DNA of 62,319 nucleotides, the filler included, from Basidioascus undulatus (lineage: Eukaryota), in the NCBI GenBank assembly GCA_000826855.1. It is 3 parts of 3 records of this genome, joined end to end, with 100 filler letters (N's around TTAATTAATTAA, not from the genome) between each part and the next. Parts side by side here need not be neighbours in the genome. Positions count along the whole stretch, not along the records: positions 20,993 to 51,531 come from JTLS01000110.1; positions 51,632 to 62,319 come from JTLS01001100.1; 1 more part is not named here. One strand, written 5' to 3'. Shown here piece by piece: positions 39,514-52,566 of the stretch. Every line of letters starts with the position of its first letter. Positions within the stretch are counted from its first letter, which is position 1. The notes below the pieces were generated by a model, which ran no database searches, had not been told where the DNA came from, and saw only the letters and a list, made by a program, of their open reading frames with translations. Both the position numbers and the translations under genes were made by a program.

Positions 39514-41346
39514 CTATACAGAATTGTATGGAGCACCGAACTTAGCCCCGTCCACCGGGATGTGAATGGACTGGAAAGAACCAGACATGTCCCACTGATG
39601 CGTTCTTTGTTGAGCTGTACTCGAGCAGCACGGCACTGAGGAGCATTGACGAATATCTGGATACTCTGATTCTACACCCGTACGTGTGACGGTCGTATTC
39701 CACACCGTAAAATGTCGATGACCGAGCATGCGAGCAACGACTGTCGCCACGGAAGAGCATGGCAGTATGGATGTCAGCTGGTGCAGGTACGGCCAGCTTT
39801 GCAGAACGATCACGTACTCTCGAGATCGTGTACGAAGCCGTTCGGGTAAATCATCTCGAACACAGCCCTATGTCCAGCCTTCGTCGGCATTCAGACCTCT
39901 TGCGCAAGCCCATTTCCGTGCAGGCTCAACAGGACCTGCACATCGTCACAAGAGTCACCCAACGACATTACGCTTGGTGGGCCCAACCCGCTCGAAAACG
40001 CACCGTCGTCTTCGCAGCAATCTCCATTTGCTTCGCCCTGCTCAGCTGCTCCATGATGACGACCTGCACGTCCCGCGATGTCCCGCAGCCCCTCGAGCGC
40101 CTGGACCAGTCGGTCATGCGCGTCCGGGTGGAGCTTACGAGCGTCCCTCCCCGACTGACGCGAGATATACGTGACGACCGGCTTGCGCCCCCGTGTCTCC
40201 GGCACGTGCCCGACGGTGCTCAGCAGCACACCCCTCGGGACCGGCTCCCACCAGTGAAGACGGGGCGAGCTCCGCGATGTCGCCCACGTACTTCTGGTAC
40301 CTGTCGCCCTTGTTTCCCCGAAATCCGGCAGAGCGGTCCGCGAACACGGCTCGTGCGATGATATGCGGTGATCCCAAGTCCGAACGGTCCATCCAGTCTT
40401 CGGCGGACTCGAAGTTGACGCCGGGGAAGGCGGCGCGCAGGACCGGTCGGGGTGTGGAAGGGTAGAGGGATCGGGGGAGAGGAGGGAGTGGGCGCGCCAG
40501 CCTGAAAAGATCACGCAGAGGGCATGTTCAGTGTGGGTGAGTATGAAAAGGGACTGGAGATGCACTGCCGAGGATGACCTCTGTGAGACTGCTTTTCAGT
40601 TCAAAGGGTGGGTCTGTAAGGCGTTGGGAAGTCACGAATCGCATACCTGCTATTAGGTGATAGTAGTGTCCCAAAAACTGTACAGCATCGTTTACAAGAA
40701 ACTGCAGCAGCACAGCGACTCCGGGAAGGGCTTCACCAAGCAGTGCAAGAAACACTCACAGAAAAGCCATCAACCTTCGTCGCAACGCCGCTGAGCAATC
40801 TGCCAGCCTGATCCGGGCTGATAATCTGCGCGACTTCCGGGGTAGGCTCTCACTCGTCCCAAGTCGAGTCCAGCGTGATGCCCGTTCAAGATTGTGTCGC
40901 AGTGCGGTAAGCCTCCAGCGCTACAGTGTCTGCTTCCCAACGACGTGAAGTACGTACGCGTTGATCATATGATTCAATGGGGGCAGCGCCTGGTGATCGG
41001 AGGTGACGGTGTAGAATGTCCCTCTTCGGAAGTAGAGATTGTCGAAAACGGTGAAGCCCGGGGCATGTTCGAGGACCTGCGTCTCGGGCAGCGATAGCGG
41101 ATCGAGGTGAAATGTTGCTGCATGTACGCCGGCAGCGGCGCATCGTGATCCGCTCGCCCACCAGTGCCCCGAGCGAGGACAGTACGGGTGATAAGACTGG
41201 AGAGATCGAGGGAGTGGGGAACGCGAGTCGAAGAGCGGAAGGAGGTAGAGCGAAGTGCAGAGTCCGCCGGTAAGGAGGACGAGCTGGCGAGTTGATAGCT
41301 TGGACAACTGGGCCATGAGGCCTGACGAGGAGGAGGTGTAGCTCAT
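39514..41346 (-). pseudogene. Glycosyltransferase family 61-like type II membrane protein pseudogene
   Basis: N-terminal TM segment, PETQVLEHAPGFTVFDNLY, FLGHYYH, VFADRSA, HWWEP, KPVVTYISRQ, LHGNGL, FEMIYPNGF. Frameshifts lie near 40257 and 40072, and there is a TGA in EV*MP (39893-39891). Confidence 0.72.
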
Positions 41347-42013
41347 CTATCGATCTCCGCCTCGATGTGAGTGATTGTGTGGCGAAGTAGAACGGCGGTG
41401 AAAGGAGAGCGCTCAGAAAGTACCAGCAGCGACCTTGAGCCTCCCGCAGCATCAGCACGCTGCCAAGTGCAATGGCCGCGGCCATATGGACAATAAAAGG
41501 TTCGATCTTCGCACGCTCGAGGAGCTCTAAGAAAGGTACACATTATATTGGCGGACGCCGACCCGACAGAGTTACATGCGACTGCGGCAGGCAAGTTGAA
41601 CGCTTGCAGTCCGCTGTGTGACGCAAGCTTGCAGGACAGGCTATGATAAAGCATTTGTATCTCAGAAGGAGCAGAGGAACGGGTTAGCTAACTTTGGCCG
41701 TATCTTTGGACGGGCCTTGACGAGGTGAATAATGTGTATGCTTTTGAGTCCGCTCGCATGCCGACGACCGACAAGTCAACCCGGCCTTCGCGCTTCCGCC
41801 ACTTTCATGAACCACCACGGTTGCTGTATCAAACGAATGTTCGAGCATTCAAGGCTTTCTACTAGTTGCATCCCATTTCTGTTCCCGCGGCTCCCTCCAT
41901 CGAGACTCTATCCGACGCGCCTTCTGCAGCGTTGGAATCGAGTAAGCATCTGGCAGACAGGCGATCCTCGAATAGCAGGCGAGGGGACGCACCGTTTATA
42001 CACGTGGCATCGC

Positions 42014-43315
42014 TTAGACGTCCTGCTTGAGGATCTTCTTGGAGAGGATCTTGATCGAGCCGTCATGGGCAGGCTCGACCTGTGCGCGTTGTGGAGTTAC
42101 ATCAGCCTACCGTTGAGGAACCAGGAGTTGATCAAGGTGCGACTGACCTCGTAGACGATCGGCACACCAGTGGCGAGCTCGAGGCCGACGATCTCCTCAC
42201 TAATGCGCCGCACAATCTCATGAGCCCATGTTCACCCACTTCAACGAGGCGGAGAGTACGCACCCAGGGATCTTCTCAAGGTCCATGATGAGCGCACGGA
42301 GCGAGTTGCCGTGGGCGGCGATGAGGATGTTCTTGCCCGCCGCAAGCTGGGGCTTGATCTCGGCCTCGTAGTAGGGCAGGACACGCTTGGCGGTCAGCTC
42401 GAGCGACTCCGCCTTGTCGCCGGGCGGGGGGACGTCGTACGAGCGGCGCCAGCTGCACCAACGTCTCCGTCAGGAATCTGCAACTCTTCCACCTGTGTGA
42501 GACACGGAGAGAATCCAAAGACGCACATGTGGACCTGGTCCTCGCCCCACTTCTTGCGCGCATCGTCCTTGTTCAGGCCCTGGAGCTGTTCGGGTCCCCG
42601 AGTCCGTTCTTTCAGCATCTCCCCCTATCCCTCCTATCCGTCCTCCGTGCAAGCTGTATGGACGTACGTCACCGTAGTGACGCTCGTTGAGTGCCTGGTC
42701 CTCCTTGACAGGGAGGTCGGTCTGGCCGATCTCCTCCTGGATGATCTTGAGGGTGTTCTGGGCGCGCTTGAGGTCGGAGGTGTACGCAAGGCTGTCCCAG
42801 AGGAGGTGCATTAGCACGCGACGCTGTGCACCCTAGCTGCGGGCATGAACTGCAACACGTGCGGTACGCACTCGAACTTGTACCCAGCCTTCTTCAGGCG
42901 CTCACCACCGAGCTTGGCCTCGTCGCGGCCCTTGTCGGTCTATCCCACGCCAATTACACAGTGCCCCAGGTCAGAATCCCAAATAAGAGCGCCTCGTTGA
43001 CAGAGCGCGTAACTGCAAAAGACGCACGAGCTCAACGTCGACCCAGCCGGTGAACTGCCCGTAGCCCATCCCAGCGCGTCAGCTGCCTCGTTCCTGCTTC
43101 ACTCCGTGAGATGGAAGCGCACGAGATTCTTCTTGTCTGCAGCGAGGCCAGTACCATCAGCATCTCCTCTTCAACCATAGCAATGGCAAGGGGAAACGCA
43201 CTCCACTCGGACTCGCCGTGACGGGTAAGGACAAGGACGCCCTGCGCCGCATCCCAAGCGAACCTCATCAGTCGCACGCCTCCGCGTTCTGTTACCAAGA
43301 CCAACGTACGGGCAT
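42014..43315 (-). CDS. GPM1: 2,3-BPG-dependent phosphoglycerate mutase
   Basis: [101 protein letters not shown]; the first coding exon is only 6 nt. Confidence 0.95.
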
Positions 43316-44067
43316 GATGGATGATTATGCTAAGAGAAGGAAGTGTGAGGGGAAGGTGGTGATGGGAGGAGTTCAAGCCAAGAGAAACGAGGCGAGGGAG
43401 TTGAATTGAAGCCAGGCCAGCAACTGATCAGGGCGCGATTGCGTCGCCCGAGTCCGCCGACCCCGCGCCCTCGCCCATCGATTCCACTGTCGATTCGACC
43501 GCTTCCGCTCGCCATCCTCACGAAGCAGTCTTCAGTCTTCGAGAGGGTGCGAGCTTTCAGGGGAACACAACTTCCCGAAAGTCGAGTCGTTCTGTACAGT
43601 CGCGAATCCTTCAATGTTGCTTGATGGGAGACGGGAATGCTCGGAACCCCTTTCAATCTCGCCGCCTCCTTCCTCCGACAGCCTCGCGAGGGTCGGCAGG
43701 GGTCGGCGCCAGCAGAACATGAACGCATTAAAAAAAGCTCTTGCGCAAGGTTGGCGCAATCCGACGCTTACAACAACAGGCTGATACTTCGCGGGCTTTC
43801 GACTACTCACAGCCCGCCAGCGTATGCCAGCAACAGCGATACAGCAGTGAGCAACCACAATGTTGCGGATAATGCACCCGTGCGACTGCACCCCGTCCTG
43901 CACAACACCTTGCGCATCTTCTGGCTATCAGTTTCCTGCACTCACTCATGCGCCGATCCAAGCGCCCACCTCCCCTTCTGCAGACAGCATCAAGCGCACT
44001 ATCGCTATCTTCGTTTTATTATCCCCCCGCCCTCCCGCCTCGACCACCGGCCGACAGTAGCGCGCGC

Positions 44068-45717
44068 TCAAATGCTCGTCAGCACTCCCAAGCCGAGCAT
44101 CTGCACCGTCGCGTTCTCGAAGCTCTGGTTGACCTCCTCTTCCAGATGCTGTTCCGCGCGCGACACCCACCGTGCATGTCAGTATCAGTGTCCGCCCGCT
44201 GGGAAGGAAGTGATGGCGGGAAATTGAGCAAGACGCACGCGTTTGGGATCCTGCTTCCCGACGTGCCTGTCAAACCATCCGTCAACGCGTCCGCGATCGA
44301 CCGGGAGGGGAGGAGCAAGAAGGAGCAACGAGGTCAAACGCACCGCGTCGCCAACTGCTGCGGCGTAAGCGTCTTCTCCTCCTCCACGCTCTTCGTATAC
44401 TGGTCCGCGAGCGAGCTGAATTTCTGCTCGACCCGACCCGCACTCGGGATCAGCCACCGCTCTTTCTCGCTTCCCTCTCAATATAGACGCCGCGACGCAC
44501 CACTATCGCCTTCTCATTCTCCTGCTTGTACTTCTCCGCGTCGCGCACCTCCAGGCCCTTCGTCCACGCCCGCCGCTGAAGACTGCCCAGCATGCGCTCC
44601 TCGCCCGCGTTCTTGCGGAAGTTCACCGCGATCGAGTAGTAGTGCCTGTTGACACCGTCTGTGTGGTACGGAGGGACAATGTCAGTCAAAGAGCAGACTT
44701 TAGGAGGAAAAGAGACAGGGAACGAACGGATCAGGCCCTGGATTGAGGGCTTGTGGAGGTGTCCGACGTTTGACGTCGTCTGCCGCGGCTCGTGACCCAT
44801 CATGATCGACTGGGGGTTGATCAATCGGAACGCGTCGATGACGACTGTTCTCCGTCGGACCAATATGAGCGCCTGCACCTGGTGGATGGAAGAGATTGGG
44901 AAAGGGAAAGGCGGACCTTTGCCCTTGACGGATTGGATGGGGTCGATGACGACTGCAACGGCGCGGGGGTTGAGGGACTCGAAGGACTGATGGGGGCGTG
45001 TCAGGAGCCACAGCGCGGGGAAGGCGGGAGGAGGATGGAGAGCGAGGCGCACTTGTTGAGTGTTAATATCCACACTGGAGAGCCAGCACCCGAACCCGGG
45101 GTGGGAGTGGTACCACCCAACAACCATCTCAGGCCTGAGGTGTACACGGTGCGCTCATCAGCTCATGGCCAGGGAGAGGTCCGGGCTGGAAACGCACCGC
45201 CCCGTCTGCTTGAGCATCTCCAGCATCTTCGTCTGAAACACGTGGTCGACCGACTCGACGGACACGGTCGTCCCGCTCTGGGGCATGGCGAAGACGTCCG
45301 TCACTTGGACGGTGTACCTGTCCGGACGCCCCACCGGTTCAGCAAGACAGGAACGGGTGTGAGGAGAAGAGTGGAGAATTGGACGCACTCATCAACAAAC
45401 TCGCCCAGCATGAGACCCATCACTTCCATCGGAACACCCGCGCGCCCATGCTTGAGCATCTTGAGCAGCGCAAGGGACGAGATGTGGATCGTCTCGCCGT
45501 CTGTCCACCCAGCCCTCCGTCAGCCCTCGCGCTCCAGACGCCTCATTGAAACCAAGGGTAGACGCACTGTCTGCTGTCGGGTGGTCCCCGCCCGGTGCGG
45601 CCTGCTGCCCCGCGCCGCCGCGCGCCTGTTGCAGGAGCTGGGAAAGATCCCTGGAGGAAGAAGGAAGACCGGCGTCAGACTCGGCTGGAGCTCGGGGAAG
45701 AGGCCCAAGACGCACAT
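44068..45717 (-). CDS. RPN11: 26S proteasome lid JAMM deubiquitinase Rpn11
   Basis: [51 protein letters not shown] motif [57 protein letters not shown]. Confidence 0.96.
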
Positions 45718-46677
45718 AGTAATACGATAGTCGGTTCTGGGTGTGATGTGTACAATTGATGGCTGTGGATAAAATGAGGAGATGATGAAGAAGACGAGGA
45801 AACGGTGGCGGTGTGGTGATGAGCGGCGTCTACGACGCGTGAGCGCTTCAGGCGACGATTCGAATCGCCTCAGCACGATGACGTACCGAGTAAGTTACGG
45901 TTGTATCACTTGACGCAGCGTTTCATACATTTTCTTCTGTCCGGTAATTCTATAAAAAAAAACCTTCTCAACATAAATGATGGGAGTAGTTGCAATATGC
46001 GCTGGAGGATGGGTGTGAACATTAGCAAGACGTGAAGATGCATATGTGAGACGCTACAGTCACGTAGTGTCAGCGAGGTCCAGCTGCACCCAATTGGTTG
46101 ACACGTCCTGATGGTGGGGCTGCGCTCATTTCACGATGCACTGGGGGACCCCTACAAGACCCTCCTGAATTTTTTTTTGTTCTTCTACAGTGGTCCTGCT
46201 TTTGCGGTTCAGGGAGCGGATGCGAGCTTGGGCTGGAGCCTCGACCAACTTGGATGCCACGACAGACTCAACGTGTGCTGCCCGCGTGTGCTTTCAGTCC
46301 AATAACCAGCCGCCTCGATGATCCAGCCAACATTATTCAGTGTAAGCCACTTCCCTACTTTCACAAAGGAGCAGGCTCAGGTAAGACGACCTATATCTCG
46401 CTCTAAAGTTGGGACGTTGTCCCTTCGATTACTGGATATTGTTCAAATGAATATTGACACGTACATGGAGAGTGTACGGTTCCCATTCTCCTGGTGAGAA
46501 TTAGCCCCATTCCGCCTTTCGCTCGGGTCTCGCTGGCTGGCAAGCGGAAAGGCTTGGATCAACGGCGCAGTACTCCTTATCCGGCGGCCGGCGCGGCCCC
46601 CCGTTGCCCTTCTGCAATCATCAGCCTCCAAACACCCTCAATCGCGTCGAAACAGGCCACGCTTTGTCTCGATTGAA

Positions 46678-48248
46678 ATGACCAGCTCCCGTTCGATGTT
46701 CTCTCGGCTATCTTTGCCCGCATGCAGCGCTCGATGCTCCGCAACGTCGTCCTCGTATGCCGCGACCTTCACGCCGTTGCCACTCGCCAGCTTTACCGCT
46801 CTGTCTACCTTGACCGGAAGAGCCCGGCCTGCAGCGCTGTTTCTGTCGCTCTCTTCGCACGCATGCTCGAGAAGTGCCTTGAACTCGCCAAGCACGTCTC
46901 CGCGCTGCGCTTCAACCTCGACGGCTGCGACTCGAGTGCATCCCTGTTCCGGATTGCCGTCAGCATCATTCGGGCAGTACCTCACCTGAAAAGGCTCTCC
47001 TTCAAATACGGGATGGGTAGCAATTACGAAAGCCGCAACAAGCTCGGCAATGAACCTGAACGGTCGAGGAGATGGCCTTGCTTCTTCTGGACGTCCTTCA
47101 AGCCGCCATGGCTTGCCAGCAGCTTATTTCCCTCGCGCTTGATTATGGAGAGCTTTTAGATCCGGAGGATACTCAAGTCGCCGAAGAAGTCTCCAAGCTT
47201 CAGAACATCAAGCTGCGGCTGTCCCCGTCCCTCCGCCACCTTAGCCTCAAGGGTAGCTTCTTCCTTGGCCATGACTCAAAGGCGCTGCCCGAATTTCACG
47301 CCTGATACTTCTCGCCTCGCCAGAAGTGCGGTGTCTGCAGCTAGCTCAGGCTGACAAGATAGACTGTCAGGCTTTACAAGACCTGTTCCTTCCGCCCGGG
47401 TCATGTTCCCGCGTCACCACCTTTATGCTCGACGGATTCATGTTTACTCCACGCGTCGCCTTTTTTCTGTCGGAAAAGCAAAACATCTGCCACCTCTCAT
47501 TTGGCCCAGGGTTTGAAGGGATGTTTAGCTCGGACAACCTTGCCGGCGGATCTTTCGATGCGGGAGCGTTCCCGCACCTTCGCTCCCTAGACGCACCTCT
47601 GCCACTGGCTGTCTTGATCCTTCGACAACGCCTTCCAAGGAGCTTGTTGAACTAGTCGTATGGCCTGCGAACAAGCCTTCCAGCGAGAAACAGCTTTCGA
47701 TGATGCTAATCCAGCTTCCTGCTACGCTTACACACGCGCTTTTGCCCAACTTGCCGTTCTCCGAACGCGACGCATTGGATTATCCCGGCCGTATCTCCCC
47801 CGAGCTCCCGCTACTGATATCCCTTGCTCTCGATATCTCATTCCGGTTTTCGCGGGGGAACGATGCCCAAGTGCGCCGCGTCTCATAGCAATATCAATGA
47901 AAGCACCTCCATTCTTAACCCGGCTTGGGTTTCTCCAGAAAGAACAAATTATAAGGGCGTTTGGTGAGCTTCAGAGCTTGGAATAGCTCTGTGTGCATTT
48001 CGGAGCGGTTGAGAACTTCCAACTTGTAGTCTTCGAAACCGGAAAGCGTCTGGCCTCTTCCTGCTCAGCTCGCTGTTTTTTCTGACGACATCTCGCCTGG
48101 TGCTTTCCGGGTTGAGCGTTCTAGCGATGGCCCTTTGGTCGAAGACTTGTATGGGTGGGAGATCGAGGACAATGACGGCCGTGAATACGAGCCGTCGACG
48201 TTCAATCTGTGGCGCCGGTGGAGAGCGAACCTAGTCGGCCACCTTTGA
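46678..48248 (+). pseudogene. F-box/LRR (RNI-like) protein pseudogene
   Basis: F-box-like MLRNVVLVCRDLHAVATRQLYRSVYL..LAKHVSALRF..VPHLKRLSF continues in shifted frames (SPSLRHLSL, FPHLRSLDAP, ELQSLE), with several frameshifts and in-frame stops. Confidence 0.65.
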
Positions 48249-49757
48249 CCTGTACATTGTGTTCCCTCACATGTCTCTGTTTTGCCCATAATGCCTCGTT
48301 GTCGCTCTCCATGAATCCGCTTGTGCTCTGGCGGTCCCAGCTGACTGCTATCCAACGTAATGAAACACGCACCTTGAGCAATCTCAGGTCGGTGCTTCCT
48401 GTTCAACTGAAACTAAGCGCGATCTCTCTAGAAAGTACACCATTATCAATTTCTCTCCACCGCCGAGTGGTGCGAATGCAAGTAGTCCCTTGAAAATCGA
48501 AAGTGCTTCTGGTGTTTAAAACATTCAGGGATATTTAGTCCAATATTTTATGGGGTTAAGAAGAAGTTGAGATGGAATCTTACCTGACCCCAGCTTAGGG
48601 TGATCGCGAGGCAACTGTATGGCCAGTGTGCATAAAGTCCTGGCGTTCCTGGCACTGCACGACACTGTCATGCTTGGCACCACATCCAGCAGCTCGGGAA
48701 CCCTCGATCCTTTTGAGACCTAGCAGATAATCCTGTGGCCAAACTATTTCACAATACTTGAGGTCTCAGTTCTGGCTGTCGGCCCTGAATAGATGAGTGC
48801 AGCGAGCTGCGAGCGAGAGGGATGCGGAAATTGTCTAAGTCACATTCTGGTCCTCTTCTTTCTTGGATTTCATGAATTTTAACTTCTCTAATCAAGTACA
48901 TTTGAGAGCCATATACGAAGGAGGAGCTGCTTTACGAGTCCGAACGTGGGAGTGACGAGGATGCAGACTTGGCATTACAAGTAAGGCAGCTGCACTGGGC
49001 ATGATTTGCGAAATAGTCACAAGAAGAGACCCTCACAAGCTCTTGAAAATTCTCTGGAAACCTCGGTCTTCATCTGAGATCAGTTCTTGTATAGCATAAC
49101 CGGAAAGGGTACCTGTATCCTGCAGAGCACTCCGCGTGCCAGGTCTCCCGAGCTGCTTGTTCGCAAGCAGACATGCTTGATATTTTATGTAAGCAAGTCA
49201 GACCTAGTAAAAGTTGTCAGTGGGTGTTCCGAAAATTCCGAGATGTTGCGCGTTGGGTTGGGGAAGGTGGGTTATCGGAGACGACCGAACGCTCGCGCAC
49301 GTTGCGGCCAGGATCCTGGTGCTGTGCAACGCGCGATCAAGCAGATCTCCTGTCCCCCAGCGTGGACGTGATAAAAAAAAGTCCCACAAGAGTATTATTG
49401 TCAGGTTACATGCAAGCGGGCGCCGTGCGGAACTTGTACAGCAGGCGAGCGCAGGGCACAGCTTCGACCGCAACAACCGATTCCGACTGCCGACGGTAGA
49501 CGCTGCATCTCATGCGAGTGCAGCACTGGCGGTGCTGTTCGGATCGCTACCGCCCGCTGACCGAAGTATTTTAGAAGTGGGAGTGTTGAGTAAGTTTTAC
49601 TACTGTGATTGGGATCGGACTGGAGCTCCTCAGTAATCACCACGCATGAAACGCAGGCATTGCTCACGAACAAGAGATGAATCCCTCCGTCTGCAGCAAC
49701 ATCAGGTCCGGTTCTCCAGCGCTCTTGTTTCTCTCACCGCACACATCACGTCACTAA

Positions 49758-50620
49758 ATGAAGTTCTCCGTTGCCGTCCTCTGCACTCTTCGCCATCGCT
49801 GCGTTCATGGGCGGTGCCAACGCTGCCCCAGCTGCACCTGCCGGCAAGACCAGCCTTGAGGTACGCAGCAAATTTAATGCAGCTAACCAGAACCCTCCTA
49901 TTCCCTCCTTATGGATGTCACGTTGCTGAACCTGCCCGTTCTTTCAAGGCTCGCCAAGTAGCGGGTAGAGCAGTTGTTGACGCTCTCCTGACCGCCATCA
50001 GCGCCGCTGTGGACGTGCCGACTTCATCATTGGTGGTATCGAGGGGGACAAAGAGGTGCGTGTTGGGTGCTGGATGCTCGGTGCTTGATGCTCGGTGCTG
50101 GATGCTCGGCGCAGTGGCTGACGCGCTTCCGTATGGGCCTGCGCAGAAACGTAGCGCGTGGACGGCCGCTACGGTCGACTAGCTCCGTAAGAGCAACCCG
50201 TACTTCAACGTCGTTGTCTGGCTCACCAAGCACGCGTACGCCTGGGATGGCGAGGAGGTCATCGTCTGGGCCCACGCCCACGCCCACTACGAGTTCGACA
50301 TCCAGATCGGCGGCACCATCGAGTCAGTTCAGGGCTTGGCTCTCTGCTCGCTTCTTATTCCACCCTGCGCTCTTCGGCGGACGGGGGGGAAATTCGTTGA
50401 CCGCGCCTGGCTGCGAGTTCTACATCGCCATGTCGGGCAGGTTCCGCCTCGTCGGTGACGGTGGCTGGCTGAACGTGAGCTCAGAAACACTCTTTGTTTG
50501 TGTCCTTCGCATGATTTCAGGAATTATCTGAATTCATTGTCTCCTCTACCAGTGGGCGTACGCGGGGAATGTCGTTTTGAAGGACGAATTAGACGGCACA
50601 CTCACCTTCTGTATCATTAG
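49758..50620 (+). pseudogene. Small secreted protein pseudogene (GDGGxLNWA-motif family)
   Basis: The signal peptide MKFSVAVL/ALFAIAAFMGGANAAPA is broken by a frameshift near 49782. Later exons read KRSAWTAATVD*LRKSNPYFNVVV..HYEFDIQIGGT..SGRFRLVGDGGWLN-WAYAG, with TAG at 50180-50182. Confidence 0.62.
50066..50109 (+). repeat. 14-bp tandem repeat x3 (GGTGCTKGATGCTC), intronic
   Basis: ggtgctggatgctc ggtgcttgatgctc ggtgctggatgctc gg. Confidence 0.9.
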
Positions 50621-51252
50621 CCGATTCCAATTAAATCCTTCGAGCTCCGCGCCCAGCCATCTCCTCCGTGTCACATTCAAGAATTAAGACAAGGCAAAAC
50701 TCTAGCTGCCACGCTTATAGAAATAGGCTGATAATGCATAAATGACCTTTGTTTGCACAAAAGTGGTGTGAAGAACGTGGTGCAGCGCTGCGCCTCTGCT
50801 TCTCCCAAATGCTTCCCAAAGAATGGCCCTCCCCCAACTGTAGAGATTTGCGAAACGTTCCGAAGACGAGACGATTACAACGAAGCATGTGCATCCTAAG
50901 ATACGGGGACAAGTTTCAGTTGAAGTCTTAGAACGGGCTCGCAACGTCGAGCGAGCACTTCACGAGCTCACCCTTGATCTCAGGTTTGACCCTTTCGTGT
51001 CTCCATTAGCCTATGCCTGAGTAATATGCAAATTCTTCAGCGGTATGGCCATTGGGAATTTCAGTCCTTCATCCAACCTGAACGGCGACGACACTGAAGG
51101 GCTGCGTTCTCGACGCCCTTGCGACTCGCTTACGTCAGAATCACGTGCACGTGCACTTGCATCCCAGTCGCGTCCACATCCAGCTCTCGTCCACCCACCA
51201 CCATCATCACCATCACCTAACGCACCCGCAACCAACCACCACAACACCAACC

Positions 51253-52245
51253 ATGTCGATGGACATTGACCCCTCCTCCTCCACCGCCGCCCCAAGCGCG
51301 CCCTCCTCCAACCCGACGCAGAACCCCCAAGCGGCAGCGGCTGCGGCGGGAGGAATCTCCACGCCGGCGTCCTCTCCCTCCCCGTCCGTCTCCGCGTCCG
51401 CGTCGGCCTCGGCGCAGCAGCACCCCCCGCAGGACGAGTCCATGTCAATCCCGTCCTCGCCCTCGCCGTCCCCGCCGCCGCAGTCCGCTCCGCACTCGCA
51501 GTCGCACGCGGCGGGCAGGTCCACCGGCGGCNNNNNNNNNNNNNNNNNNNNNNNNNNNNNNNNNNNNNNNNNNNNTTAATTAATTAANNNNNNNNNNNNN
51601 NNNNNNNNNNNNNNNNNNNNNNNNNNNNNNNTCTCTTGGTGCCTTTCTGCTTCCCCCGCAGCAGGCATGCGATGTTCACTGAAGTGCTCGCGCGCAATCC
51701 CATCATCCGCGCCCACGTCCCACCCGCGCGCATCACACATTGCGCTCCTCATGTCCTTCGGGTCGAACATGTCGCCCCCCCCGTCCATGGGCGCCGGCCC
51801 AAGCGGCACAGCGATGGTGTCCGGCGGCGGGGGGTCGAGCATGGGCAGTCTCGGCGGCGGGGGCGCGCCCATGACCCGGAGCTGGAGCACGCCCGTGCCG
51901 ACGCAGCGCGAGTTCGAGGTGCTCGAGCGCAAGCGCTCCCTCGGCCACTCCTCCGCCCCCAACCGAAACAAGGAGAACGCGCGTCCGGGTCCCTCTGCCC
52001 ACCTCTCCTTCACGTCTCTCAACTCTCCGTCGTACCTCGCCGGCCCCGGCACATCCTCCTCCTCATCGCCCGGTATGACCGAGAGCGGGAGCCCTCGCCC
52101 GGGCTTCGCGCGCTTCGCGAGCAGTCCGAGCGTCCCACTTAGCCCGACAACCACGACACGGCGCCCCAGCGCTCAGGAGATGCTTGGACCGGGGAAGGCC
52201 GCATTCGCTATGACCGCGATGGCCGCAGGCGGTGGAGGGGACTAG
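51253..52245 (+). CDS. Low-complexity Ser/Pro/Gly-rich protein of unknown function, interrupted by assembly gap
   Basis: An ORF from ATG 51253 (MSMDIDPSSS..) runs into the gap. A terminal exon after the gap ends at TAG 52243-52245. Both have GC3-rich codons, but the two halves may belong to different genes. Confidence 0.5.
51532..51631. other. Assembly gap with artificial TTAATTAATTAA linker
   Basis: Same N-linker-N structure as at 20893-20992. Confidence 0.95.
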
Positions 52246-52566
52246 ACATCAGATCCATTCGAGCCACTTCAGTTGATAACGAGCGTCTATCTTTGCAAGC
52301 TAGATGAAACGTACGGCAGACCAGGACCGAGCTAAGACGTGACTATAGTTCGTGTTCGATGCGATGCAGATACAAGAGCGAGAGAGGACGAAACGAAAGC
52401 TAGTAGGCATGGACCCAAGACGACGCAGAGAAATTCTAATCGAAGAAAATGAATAGAGAGTACTATGCAAACGGGTAACCAAGAGCGAGGTGAGACTGCT
52501 GGAGGTGACACGGATGAGCTTCGGATGCGAAGGGAGGAGAAAGGGAAGGCGGGTAGCGCACGCACC

